Source: an uncultured virus (IMG/VR IMGVR_UViG_3300009104_000003) (Duplodnaviria; Heunggongvirae; Uroviricota; Caudoviricetes). From it: 64,000 nt of DNA. The first letter of the stretch is position 1, and each line of letters opens with the position of its first letter. The notes under the pieces were generated by a model that was given only the letters and a program-made list of their open reading frames with translations, was not told where the DNA came from and did no database searches. The stretch lies in the IMG/VR virus record IMGVR_UViG_3300009104_000003; one strand, given 5' to 3'. Both the position numbers and the translations under genes were made by a program. Shown piece by piece: positions 35,324 to 44,290 of the stretch.

Positions 35324-36635
35324 CTATATTTCTCCAAATAGATTGATTAACCTGTCTTTGTCTCATAGGATCATTTCTTATTTCGTCTGTTTTTAATGGA
35401 TGTTTATCTCTATCTAATATTGCCTTAGGAACAATATCTTTAAATTCAGATTTTAATCTTTTCTTTTCCCCATTTCTTTCTTCATACGGGGTATTTAGCG
35501 CATGTTTAATAACGCTTGGAGCTAAGAAAGGAGCTCGTAATTCTACTGTAGATCTCATCATTGTTCTATCTAATTTAGGTAAATGATAGAAAGGCAATTC
35601 ACAAAATACATCGCTATATTGAGAATCATATTCTTTAGCCCTAGTATAACCACCAAATAATTCATCTGCTCCATCACCAGTTAGAACATTATAAAATCCT
35701 AATTTCCTAAGTGCTTGAGCCATAGCTATTTGAGGTCTAACTGACCCTAAATCTACTGGGCTCTGGTGTACTTCTACTGCGTAGGTATTAGATACATCTT
35801 CTAAATTAACTTCTGTTAAATTACAATTAAGAAGATCTACATATTCCCTTTCGTGGTTATTAACATGAATAGCCGTTACATCTTCTCCTAACCAATTAGC
35901 TAATTGATATATAATTGTTGAATCTAGTCCGCCACTTAACAATACAGCTACTTCTCTAAATCCACCTAATCTCAATTTGACTGAATTAGAAAGATCATCA
36001 TAGAGATTAGTATATTCAACTCGATCCCAATTCCAATATGGAAATTCTTCTCCTCGATAAACATAATGCCCAGGCTTTACTTGTTTAATTTCATTCCAAG
36101 GTGTTCCACCTGTAGGATCATATCCCCATTTACTTACATTAGAATGGAATAATTGATTTGTTGTGACTGGGCCATATTGTTTTAGAACCTCAGGTTCTGA
36201 AGCTATAGCCGTTACATCTGTTCTATAATATACTGGTTTAATGCTAAGAAAATCTGTATAGACTAATGGTTCATCTCTTAAAAAAGTAATAAAGGACCAA
36301 AATCCATCAAACTGATGAACTACATTTTCAAATTCTCCCCAATAGTTTATATGGTGCATCATATGAGCATCACTTTTAAAATTACCATCAGCATAATCTT
36401 TATAATTAAATACTTCACCAACAAACATTGATGGAGCTTCATCTTTAGATTGAATAGGTTGAATAGCTACTTCTGGATCTGGATCAATCATTGGTAAAGC
36501 AATATGAACTAAGTCATAATTTTTCCATTGCTTATATCCTTTATAAGCTGATAATCCACGATAAGCCATTTGATCTATCGCCAATATATTATTAACTGAA
36601 GTTTCAGTTCGATCAGCTATTAAAAATCCGCACAT
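35310..36635 (-). CDS. Asparagine-synthetase-B-like glutamine amidotransferase
   Basis: N-terminal MCG (Ntn Cys), GEVFNY, LSGGLDS PP-loop, TGDGADELFGGY, ELRAPFL. Confidence 0.88.
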   Translation of the reverse strand: MCGFLIADRTETSVNNILAIDQMAYRGLSAYKGYKQWKNYDLVHIALPMIDPDPEVAIQPIQSKDEAPSMFVGEVFNYKDYADGNFKSDAHMMHHINYWGEFENVVHQFDGFWSFITFLRDEPLVYTDFLSIKPVYYRTDVTAIASEPEVLKQYGPVTTNQLFHSNVSKWGYDPTGGTPWNEIKQVKPGHYVYRGEEFPYWNWDRVEYTNLYDDLSNSVKLRLGGFREVAVLLSGGLDSTIIYQLANWLGEDVTAIHVNNHEREYVDLLNCNLTEVNLEDVSNTYAVEVHQSPVDLGSVRPQIAMAQALRKLGFYNVLTGDGADELFGGYTRAKEYDSQYSDVFCELPFYHLPKLDRTMMRSTVELRAPFLAPSVIKHALNTPYEERNGEKKRLKSEFKDIVPKAILDRDKHPLKTDEIRNDPMRQRQVNQSIWRNIDAQA

Positions 36636-37378
36636 AATTTATCCAAACTATATTTATCTATCATAAAACAATGTAAAGAGGTAGAACTAAAATGTAATGT
36701 TCCTGGTATAGTACCATTAAGTTCCGCTTCTTTTATTAACCATATTGCTAATCGATTAGCAAAATAAAGATCATTATGTAAATGCCTCATAACATCACAT
36801 GATCGCATATGATAAGAACAATGTAATTTTTCTCCTCTTAACATAAAATGCCATCCGAATGTGCATGGTACGCGCTCGCCCATGTATGCGGCCGTAAGAT
36901 CTTCTGGAAACCATATTGGAATATAACACTGCCTAGTAGTAGGTTCTTTCTTAAGAAGTTCTACTGCAGTATTTAGATTAGCTATATTAAATCTTATACC
37001 TTGTTTAACAATTCCTCTTTCAGCTTTATCCCCATTATTTTGCCACATTCTTTCTGGATAAGAATGGGAAAAAGCTTCATCCATTAAATATTTGTCTGTA
37101 TCTTTTAACCAATGTACATGTGAAGGTGGTGGATTATAAGGTATTCCACCTACTCTTTCTTCAAAGTGTTCATCAGCCCACGGTTGAGTAGCATTTAAAA
37201 GATCGGAAGCTAGTTCAGCATTATTCACCATAGGAACAACTAGATCAGCATGAAGTATTTCTAAGAAAGATGGATGATTAGTATCACCTTGCCATCTTTC
37301 TGTTTCTATTTCATATCCTTGTTCTAGTAATCTCTTCCTAAGTAGATATAATCCTTCTCTAAGATCCTTTGCTTTCAT
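36620..37378 (-). CDS. Thymidylate synthase homolog, dCMP-modifying type
   Basis: TTRQ, VPCT catalytic Cys, MRSCD....ND (Asp where dUMP-specific TS has Asn). Confidence 0.8.
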   Translation of the reverse strand: MKAKDLREGLYLLRKRLLEQGYEIETERWQGDTNHPSFLEILHADLVVPMVNNAELASDLLNATQPWADEHFEERVGGIPYNPPPSHVHWLKDTDKYLMDEAFSHSYPERMWQNNGDKAERGIVKQGIRFNIANLNTAVELLKKEPTTRQCYIPIWFPEDLTAAYMGERVPCTFGWHFMLRGEKLHCSYHMRSCDVMRHLHNDLYFANRLAIWLIKEAELNGTIPGTLHFSSTSLHCFMIDKYSLDKLCADF

Positions 37379-37703
37379 TCACTTTCCTATTAAAAATATC
37401 TCTTGTTTCATCTTGACCATCAATATCTCCATCAAGATAAGCACCAAAGAATGAAGCATAATTAATTAAATCTACTGCAGAATCTTCTAGAGATTCAAAG
37501 TTTTCAGAATGATCTTCGTTGTTTTCCATTGCATCTAGGATTGATTGCATTCGCAATACTTTACCAATCATAATATCCAGAATGGTATTTACACCACGTG
37601 GATAGTAATCAGCTTGTCTTACTCTAGACGCTGGATTTTGATAATCATTTCCTTTTTTGGTTTGGAGCTCAGCAGCTCGCTTTAGTATTTGTAAAGGTTT
37701 CAT
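37359..37703 (-). CDS. Nucleotide-modification-associated helical protein (Nmad1/DUF1599-like)
   Basis: KKGNDY, KVLR, ESLEDSAVDLINYASF. Confidence 0.7.
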   Translation of the reverse strand: MKPLQILKRAAELQTKKGNDYQNPASRVRQADYYPRGVNTILDIMIGKVLRMQSILDAMENNEDHSENFESLEDSAVDLINYASFFGAYLDGDIDGQDETRDIFNRKVNESKGS

Positions 37704-37710
37704 AATGTAT

Positions 37711-37740
37711 ATTATACCATAGTTTTGATTAAAAGTAAAC
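37711..37740 (-). promoter_or_regulatory. Sigma70-like early/middle promoter of the modification operon
   Basis: GTTTACT-N17-TATAAT. Confidence 0.75.
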
Positions 37741-37742
37741 CC

Positions 37743-38711
37743 CTAATATTTTTCCAGTACTGTTCCTGTTTGATATAAAGGGATTTTAACATCTGGATAT
37801 CTCTTAGGATATGTATTCATAAACAAAGTAGAAGGTAAATGCTTATGAATAAATGTCCCATAATATTTCACCGGGGCTGATTGCATTACATATTCGGCTA
37901 TCATCTTATGAAGAAGATAAGCTTTTTTATTTTGGGTAGGATCTTTGATAATTGTAACAAATTTTCCTCCTGGTCTAAGTTTCTCTATAGCCTTAGAATA
38001 AATACAACCTATTGTTTTCCAGTATTCTTCTCCTTTAAGAACTCCTACATTTTTATCTTTTTGATATTGAATGGTAGCTCCCCTTCCTGCAGAGGTATAT
38101 CCTCTTTCTGGAGCATCGCTTTGGCCTCCTCCTAAAACTGGATAGGGTGTACCATTAATAACCAAATCAAAAAGTTCATCTCCTAAATGGCCATGATCAT
38201 TTAAAATATAATCAAGTTCTCTCGCATCTCCCTCAATTATATGAGATCTTCCTGTCGCTGTTCCTCTTTGATTTTGAACCTCAACTGTTCTTTTAGTAAT
38301 TTCTGCAAACTCTAATTCTATTCCTACTCCATTTCGATCATTATTAATAGCTTCTACTACAGCTGTTCCTGTTCCAACGGTTGGATCAAATACAGTATCT
38401 CCAGGCTTAGTTAAATTTTGAATAGCCCAACGATAACCTGACCAGTGACCAGGACATATATGTTTATCAAAACCTCCCTCTGGTTTTTTATCTGGGAAGT
38501 AATAATTGTTTCTAGTATATTGGGTATAGTATTGATCTGTTGGGGTATGATATATTTCGCCAAGGAAATTATCTTGACAAAGATCACACGTGCAGTGATA
38601 ATCTTCTGGTATTTCTGCCCTATTATATAACTTATCGTTAGGTTCTAGGGACTTGATCGTATTGGTTTTTGTCATAATTATATTTAAAATAAGAGTCAAA
38701 AGTATAAACAT
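37743..38711 (-). CDS. SAM-dependent amino-methyltransferase-like protein
   Basis: VFDPTVGTGT (motif I), GIEL, GDAR, atypical motif IV NGTPY, LRPGG; true start probably MTKT. Confidence 0.8.
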   Translation of the reverse strand: MFILLTLILNIIMTKTNTIKSLEPNDKLYNRAEIPEDYHCTCDLCQDNFLGEIYHTPTDQYYTQYTRNNYYFPDKKPEGGFDKHICPGHWSGYRWAIQNLTKPGDTVFDPTVGTGTAVVEAINNDRNGVGIELEFAEITKRTVEVQNQRGTATGRSHIIEGDARELDYILNDHGHLGDELFDLVINGTPYPVLGGGQSDAPERGYTSAGRGATIQYQKDKNVGVLKGEEYWKTIGCIYSKAIEKLRPGGKFVTIIKDPTQNKKAYLLHKMIAEYVMQSAPVKYYGTFIHKHLPSTLFMNTYPKRYPDVKIPLYQTGTVLEKY

Positions 38712-39102
38712 CTTCTGTTCTCATAAACATGACAACATGTGGATATTTAGTTTTTCGGGATTCTAGTTTTAAGATGTGTTCAAATTTTGTTTGAGGATAG
38801 TTATATCTAAACGTTTTAATTTCTACTTCTACATCTTGTGGAGATATAATATCATGCCACATTTTAGGATTGTCGCGATAACCGCATTCTTGTATCAAAT
38901 ACTGTTCTGCGACTAAACCGTTTTCACAGTCTCTTTGAATATCCTCAAAAGATCTAGGTCGACCTTGCAAAGAATCTCTAGCTACTCCACCATCTATTAT
39001 ACCTTTGGTAATTCGAATAGCTTCTTCTTTTATTCTTTCTAGGCTTTCTTCTGTTAGATCATTTCTAGAAAATTTAACTTCACTCAATTCATTTATATTC
39101 AT
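38638..39102 (-). CDS. Small PD-(D/E)xK nuclease-like protein
   Basis: GLVAE...HDI...VEIKT. Confidence 0.55.
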   Translation of the reverse strand: MNINELSEVKFSRNDLTEESLERIKEEAIRITKGIIDGGVARDSLQGRPRSFEDIQRDCENGLVAEQYLIQECGYRDNPKMWHDIISPQDVEVEIKTFRYNYPQTKFEHILKLESRKTKYPHVVMFMRTEDVYTFDSYFKYNYDKNQYDQVPRT

Positions 39103-39113
39103 AATGTTGTTAT

Positions 39114-39143
39114 ATTATACCATAATTTATTCGGGTTGTAAAC
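39114..39143 (-). promoter_or_regulatory. Sigma70-like early/middle promoter
   Basis: GTTTACA-N17-TATAAT. Confidence 0.75.
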
Positions 39144-39540
39144 CTCTTTGTGCTAATCTTTGCCTATTAGCCATATGTCCTTCCTGAACTTCAGCTTTAG
39201 ATTGTCCGTGATAGGCAACTGCATGATTTTCTTTAACTAAGAGTTGATTGATATTAGTATCTTTAATAAAAAATTCCCCAAGTATTCTACCATATTTATC
39301 TGGCTTTGATGTACGTAATTTATATTTCTTTCCCTTCTCTAGATGAGATTTAAGAAAAGCACTAGCTAGCTTTCCATAATACTTTTCAGTCAGGTCTCTT
39401 GTTCTTGATTCTGGTGTATCTACACCTAATAGTCTTATTCTTTTTTTATTTGAAGTAAGACCAAATCCTAAATCTATATCAACATCGACTGTATCTCCGT
39501 CTACTACCCTTAGGATTTTTGCCTTATATACTCTTTCCAT
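39127..39540 (-). CDS. Thermonuclease (SNase) family protein
   Basis: VVDGDTVD, RIRLLGVDTPE, DKYGRILG. Confidence 0.92.
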   Translation of the reverse strand: MERVYKAKILRVVDGDTVDVDIDLGFGLTSNKKRIRLLGVDTPESRTRDLTEKYYGKLASAFLKSHLEKGKKYKLRTSKPDKYGRILGEFFIKDTNINQLLVKENHAVAYHGQSKAEVQEGHMANRQRLAQRGLQPE

Positions 39541-39809
39541 TATTTTTCCTCTTTATCTTTTTCCCATATTGTACCCTTTCTCCAATCTTTTTCGGGACCT
39601 TTTAGGACTTTTTCTTTCATAGAACCTTTTTCTATTGGTAAATCCTCAAGGGGAATTCCCTCTAGTCCTATCATAATTTCATCAACAGCTTTTACAGCTG
39701 CAAAAGTTTTAGCTGCTTCTATATCATCTGATTCGTCAAATTCGGTAGGATGGATAGGTTCTAGGTCATCCATTAATTCTTCTGATACTGATTTTTTTTC
39801 TTCTGTCAT
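39540..39809 (-). CDS. Acidic hypothetical protein
   Basis: ORF just downstream of TATAAATA at 39816-39823. Confidence 0.6.
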   Translation of the reverse strand: MTEEKKSVSEELMDDLEPIHPTEFDESDDIEAAKTFAAVKAVDEIMIGLEGIPLEDLPIEKGSMKEKVLKGPEKDWRKGTIWEKDKEEK

Positions 39810-39814
39810 ATTAT

Positions 39815-40333
39815 TTATTTATAAAAGATATGGGTTTCTATTTGAACTAATCTCTTTAAATGCTTTGACCAATAAGGATTACTATAATCTGCATGATAAA
39901 ATAATGCTCCATTAGTTATATCTATTTCACTAGACATAGCTATATTTGCTACTCGAAATGATTCTACAAGCGTTGCAGAATCTTTTGGTTCATCAGGTTT
40001 TCCATCGCAGAACCAAGTGAATTGACATTGACCTCTAACAGGTATTAGTTCGCCAGTTCTCCAGCTCTCCCTATATTTTTTAGTTTGTTTAACAACTTCG
40101 CAAATAGTATTTGGAAATTGTGGGCTTTCTACTCGATTAAGAACTACATTAGCTACTGCTAATTTGCCACTAAAAGGTTGATTACCAGCTTCAAAATAAA
40201 TATTTTGAGCTAAACAATTTATTTGTCTGTCTTCACCAAGACCAAAAGCCTTTGGTGCTAACAATAATAATATAGCTATTACTAATGCTGCTCCTAATAG
40301 CTTATCATATGCATTTAAATTTTTCATGTACAT
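39815..40333 (-). CDS. SleB-like cell wall hydrolase
   Basis: CLAQNIYFEA, VVLNRV, FPNTICEVV, CQFTW, GALFYHA, HIFYK. Confidence 0.92.
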   Translation of the reverse strand: MYMKNLNAYDKLLGAALVIAILLLLAPKAFGLGEDRQINCLAQNIYFEAGNQPFSGKLAVANVVLNRVESPQFPNTICEVVKQTKKYRESWRTGELIPVRGQCQFTWFCDGKPDEPKDSATLVESFRVANIAMSSEIDITNGALFYHADYSNPYWSKHLKRLVQIETHIFYK

Positions 40334-40632
40334 AAGTCCATATTACAAATACAATCACTACATATTTCATCTGGTTTTTCTTTTGGCTCTACAGGAACTT
40401 CTTGAGTTGCAAATCTCTTATTAAAGAAATCACTCTCCCAATCATATTCTTCCCAAGCTGTACAACCAGCTATTAGTAATGCTAAGAAAACTACACCTAT
40501 AAAATACCAAAACATTTTCATTTGTAGTTTGTATTGTTTATCCGTAGGGATTAATCCCATTTTCTTTAGTTGTTTAATTGGTTTCATTTTACCATTTCTC
40601 CAAAGGCCTTTTAGTAGGGTTTTCATAATCAT
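40324..40632 (-). CDS. Membrane protein / lipoprotein
   Basis: TM helix ending IAGC. Confidence 0.55.
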   Translation of the reverse strand: MIMKTLLKGLWRNGKMKPIKQLKKMGLIPTDKQYKLQMKMFWYFIGVVFLALLIAGCTAWEEYDWESDFFNKRFATQEVPVEPKEKPDEICSDCICNMDLCT

Positions 40633-40882
40633 GAGGTAAAGATATATTTAATATTGGAGGCCTTCTATCTTTACCAACCCACACAAAATGATGTGCTACC
40701 ATTATTGGGGTAGGATTAGTATACCAAGCTAGTATTTCTTTCTCTGATCCTAATACCCCATTTTCAGCATAACGCTCTATATCTTCTTCCGAAGGTGCTA
40801 CTAGATATTCAATACTTCCATTAATATCTTTACACGATGCATATACAAACGTATTCATTTCTTTATATACCCATCGTACCAC
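40589..40882 (-). CDS. Hypothetical protein
   Basis: Packed ORF. Confidence 0.55.
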   Translation of the reverse strand: MVRWVYKEMNTFVYASCKDINGSIEYLVAPSEEDIERYAENGVLGSEKEILAWYTNPTPIMVAHHFVWVGKDRRPPILNISLPHDYENPTKRPLEKW

Positions 40883-42063
40883 GATTTAATAGAATTAATT
40901 GGCCATTGACCATAATGTCCTTCAGGTTGTGTTTGTAAGTAGCGAGCATCCATATAGCTAATTGATTTTGCAAGCTCAACAAAGTTTTCAAAATCCTCAT
41001 TCGGTTGTTCAAATATAGTAGTTGTTTCTTCTTGTGCTTTTCTCCAGAATGGCGTATCATATATAGATCCTTCTTTATAGTGCCATAAAATAAATGTGTG
41101 TATCTCATGAATCATTTTATTAATTATAGATGTTAAATCATTTACTGCAGAAACATCCCTTGCTAAATTTGCTTTCTCTGATAAAGATGGATCATAAAAA
41201 GTAGCCCAATTAAAAAGAGTACTAGCTACATCTAGGTATAATTTTACTGCAGTGGATTCCATCGGTTCAAGAAATGCTAATCTATTACCATTTAATATTA
41301 TTTTTCGTCCATTGGAATCTATTCGTATAGGTTCTTTTGCCTTATATGATTCAAATGGTAAATTAATTGTTTCTTCTGAATGTTTAAAATGTCCACTATA
41401 AGATCCTGAAGCTTCAGGGAATGTTTCTCTAAAATTCATTTTAGCAATTTCCAGCGGTGTAATATCTTTATTATACAAATATCCATAAGAAGTAGTTTCT
41501 GTAGTATTTGGAATTATAAATGTCCATCCATCAGGTGTTGCTACGTTTCTAGTCCAAAGTTGAGGATCGGCCGGATTTGGTCCTACTGCTAATAAAACAG
41601 AATTTACTGGACAATATAATGATTCATATTCAATATTATCCTTACCAGTATTACCTCTACAATCAAAAATAACAGGAGCATCTATTGTATTAATATCAAC
41701 ACTTCCTTCTTTGACAGTAAACAATCCAGAATTTAATATGTATTTCTGTAAATATTTTGGATCGCTTTGTATTGCAATTAGATTATAAGGAAAGGGATTG
41801 TAAATCTTCTTCTTATTAAAATTTTCATATAAGAGACCTAATTTTGGTGTAGCTTTTATTTCATTATGATACCAATCAGTACCACACGCATCCCATAATA
41901 ATTGAGTTACGTCTAATGTTGTAGCTTGACCCACTGGAAATGTTTCAATTTCTGGGTCATGTATTAATTCTATTTCAATATTTGGATTGTTTCGAGTATA
42001 ATATCCATATTGTAATGCTGTCCATACACCAGCATTTCCACTACCTAAAATTACAATTTTCAT
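40855..42063 (-). CDS. Flavin-dependent tryptophan-halogenase-like protein
   Basis: MKIVILGSGNAG FAD motif, GWTFIIP, YGYLY, FLEPMEST, YDTPFW; start reset because the longer ORF overlaps tRNA-Asp. Confidence 0.8.
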   Translation of the reverse strand: MKIVILGSGNAGVWTALQYGYYTRNNPNIEIELIHDPEIETFPVGQATTLDVTQLLWDACGTDWYHNEIKATPKLGLLYENFNKKKIYNPFPYNLIAIQSDPKYLQKYILNSGLFTVKEGSVDINTIDAPVIFDCRGNTGKDNIEYESLYCPVNSVLLAVGPNPADPQLWTRNVATPDGWTFIIPNTTETTSYGYLYNKDITPLEIAKMNFRETFPEASGSYSGHFKHSEETINLPFESYKAKEPIRIDSNGRKIILNGNRLAFLEPMESTAVKLYLDVASTLFNWATFYDPSLSEKANLARDVSAVNDLTSIINKMIHEIHTFILWHYKEGSIYDTPFWRKAQEETTTIFEQPNEDFENFVELAKSISYMDARYLQTQPEGHYGQWPINSIKSWYDGYIKK

Positions 42064-42072
42064 TTCATATCC

Positions 42073-42150
42073 TGGCGGAGTGGACGAGATTCGAACTCGC
42101 GACCCCCGGCGTGACAAGCCGATATTCTAACCATGCTGAACTACCACTCC
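42073..42150 (-). tRNA. tRNA-Asp(GTC)
   Basis: GGAGTGG acceptor stem, anticodon loop TTGTCAC, GTTCGAATC T-arm, encoded CCA. Confidence 0.95.
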
Positions 42151-42303
42151 TCATTCCTCTTCTTCTATTGGATTATCATAATAATCATGTGTTCCAGCTC
42201 TATAGCGAGCTTTCTTTTCTGATACCATAACACTACTTTCCCAGGCAAACCAGCCTGCGGCAACCGTTACGAATATGATAAACAGTGTATTAAAAAATTC
42301 CAT
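42151..42303 (-). CDS. Small membrane protein between the two tRNAs
   Basis: AGGAG RBS; MEFFNTLF TM helix. Confidence 0.7.
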   Translation of the reverse strand: MEFFNTLFIIFVTVAAGWFAWESSVMVSEKKARYRAGTHDYYDNPIEEEE

Positions 42304-42317
42304 TATATTTCTCCTTT

Positions 42318-42393
42318 TGGTGGAGCGAGAGGGAATCGAACCCACGACCTTCTGGATGCAAACCAGACGCTCTCCCTACTGAGCTACCGCCCC
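42318..42393 (-). tRNA. tRNA-Ala(TGC)
   Basis: 76 nt cloverleaf, anticodon loop TTTGCAT, G3:U70 identity pair, encoded CCA. Confidence 0.95.
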
Positions 42394-42398
42394 TATAT

Positions 42399-42647
42399 TC
42401 ATTTATATAATCTACTCCATTTCAGTAGCTTATCTCTTTTAACTTTCATTCTATCTTCAATTTGTCTATCAGTGACTAACCCATTTGACTTTAATACTTC
42501 TATAAGTGTAAGTACATCTCCTATCTCGTCTTGTAATTCTCTTACGTATTTTGTATCACCACCGCTTCGTATCATTTTACTACAAGCTTGGATTAATTCA
42601 CCACATTCTTCCATAAGGATTACAAATGTTTCTTCTTGTTTAATCAT
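42399..42647 (-). CDS. MazG-like NTP pyrophosphohydrolase
   Basis: EECGELIQACSK...DEIGDV. Confidence 0.8.
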   Translation of the reverse strand: MIKQEETFVILMEECGELIQACSKMIRSGGDTKYVRELQDEIGDVLTLIEVLKSNGLVTDRQIEDRMKVKRDKLLKWSRLYK

Positions 42648-43567
42648 ATATTTTTTCTAAAAACAAATTCAATTGCTCTTTCTGCTTCTCTATTAATTGG
42701 TCTTTTCTCATACCAATTGCCGGTATCAGCATCGAGATCTCTTATTAAAAATTCTATTTCTTTTGAAGTAATAGGATAACCTTTACTAATTGCATTACCT
42801 GCAATCGATACCATTAATTGATACATTGCATAGTACCATCCTTCAGTCAATCCTTTATATTCTTGTACTCTTTTTTGATTAACAAATGGACAATCTTTAT
42901 ATCCAGTCCAAGCTATATTTGTATTATTTAATTGAGATTTTCTATGATCCATTAATCCCTGTTTGATGGCAGCTGGAAGACGATCGTAAAAGCTCTCAGC
43001 TGGTACTGCGTATTTGTGTCGTACCATGAGGTCATCTGGGTCCATAATCTCTCCATGATGGGAGAAGATGAAGTTAAAACTGTTTCTGTACTCAGATGGT
43101 ACGTAATACATTCTGGATAAGTCTTTTGTTTGGGCATCTGCGATACCTCCTATTTCTTTATTTAAAGCATACCAAAAGTGCTTTATGTTATCTTTTTCTA
43201 CCCATTTGGTTAATGGGAATACTAATCTAAACTTTGGATGTTCTATACTAGAGCTTGCTGTTGAATAACATACATATCGATATTGCATATATTTCTCTTC
43301 GATTTCTTTCATATCTCCAGAGAAGTTATCAACATCAATAATACCAAATCCACCCCAAGCAGTAACATTATCGTTTGCTCGTCTTGAATCTGTATATACT
43401 GCAGGACTAATTAAAGGAGCAGCTGATTTTGTTTGATATTTATTTGAGTTTGCTAATCGATAGAGAACAGATTCGAATTCATCAAATGATTCGTAGTCCA
43501 TTCTTTTTACAGTTGAGCTATCGTAAATATTATCAAATATTGTCAGTGAGATTTCCATGGTTTCCAT
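42644..43567 (-). CDS. Archaeo-eukaryotic primase (AEP/PrimPol)-like protein
   Basis: IIDVD (motif I), YSTASS..HPKFRLVFPL (II), DAQTKDLSRMYYVP (III), helical C-terminus. Confidence 0.65.
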   Translation of the reverse strand: METMEISLTIFDNIYDSSTVKRMDYESFDEFESVLYRLANSNKYQTKSAAPLISPAVYTDSRRANDNVTAWGGFGIIDVDNFSGDMKEIEEKYMQYRYVCYSTASSSIEHPKFRLVFPLTKWVEKDNIKHFWYALNKEIGGIADAQTKDLSRMYYVPSEYRNSFNFIFSHHGEIMDPDDLMVRHKYAVPAESFYDRLPAAIKQGLMDHRKSQLNNTNIAWTGYKDCPFVNQKRVQEYKGLTEGWYYAMYQLMVSIAGNAISKGYPITSKEIEFLIRDLDADTGNWYEKRPINREAERAIEFVFRKNI

Positions 43568-43943
43568 TATGTGAAGGATTTTCCCATCCTTCGGGTTTCA
43601 TTAAGTCTGGTAATCCTAAAGGATTAGGTCTTTCAGGTTTAGTACCAACCTCTTTTGCCATATTAGCTTTATGTACTTCGTTCCAGGCTTTTTCAACATC
43701 TACTCCAAATGCGAGTAATGTTCCTATTGCGATAACACATATATCAATATGACCATCAATTAATTCTTCCGGGTCTGCGCACGCGAACGCGTGATTTGAT
43801 TCTAGCCATTCTTCTTTTAAGAAGTCCATTCTAAATCTTAGGAATTCAAAGAGTTTATCTCTATTAGCAGGATCTTGCATCCAATCTTGAATGCCAAACT
43901 TCTCCTGCATATCAGTTATATCTTGTACCCAATTTGAGCTCAT
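43533..43943 (-). CDS. All-alpha dNTP pyrophosphohydrolase (MazG/PRA-PH-like; possible dCTPase/dUTPase)
   Basis: EEWLE...EELIDGHID, VHKANMAK, KPEGWENP. Confidence 0.8.
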   Translation of the reverse strand: MSSNWVQDITDMQEKFGIQDWMQDPANRDKLFEFLRFRMDFLKEEWLESNHAFACADPEELIDGHIDICVIAIGTLLAFGVDVEKAWNEVHKANMAKEVGTKPERPNPLGLPDLMKPEGWENPSHNGNHGNLTDNI

Positions 43944-44233
43944 GAATGTATTACTCCTTTTGGTGGCATTGTAATACCACTTCTTGCTGATTTAAATTGA
44001 TCTATTAAGCTATCAATTGGATCAACCATAAACATAATATCTTTACTTCTAATAATTAATCCATCCTTTGCTTTAGTATAAGGTATAAATGGCATAAATC
44101 CAATTTTACCTTCTCCTGCAGGTATCATTATAATAGCATCTTTAATTTCGACTTGGTTTCCATCAGAGGTATCAACCTCAGCTATTATTTCTTCTCCTGA
44201 AGTTAATCTTAATAATTTTATATTTTCACTCAT
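43940..44233 (-). CDS. Conserved Sm-like small protein
   Basis: IKLLRLTSGEEIIAEV. Confidence 0.7.
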   Translation of the reverse strand: MSENIKLLRLTSGEEIIAEVDTSDGNQVEIKDAIIMIPAGEGKIGFMPFIPYTKAKDGLIIRSKDIMFMVDPIDSLIDQFKSARSGITMPPKGVIHS

Positions 44234-44255
44234 ATTTTTTCCTCACAGTGGGTAT

Positions 44256-44285
44256 ATTATACCATAGTTTTGTTCATTTGTAAAC
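44256..44285 (-). promoter_or_regulatory. Sigma70-like early/middle promoter
   Basis: GTTTACA-N17-TATAAT. Confidence 0.8.
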
Positions 44286-44290
44286 CTTTT

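Noticed and set aside
42064..42117. N-terminal extension of the halogenase ORF (and 42304-42345 of the next ORF)
   Set aside because: They overlap well-formed tRNA genes; better starts lie downstream.
35310..42150. tRNA-dependent Asp-to-Asn pathway linking the AsnB-like gene and tRNA-Asp
   Set aside because: That chemistry uses GatCAB and tRNA-Asn; the AsnB-like gene overlaps nucleotide-metabolism genes instead.
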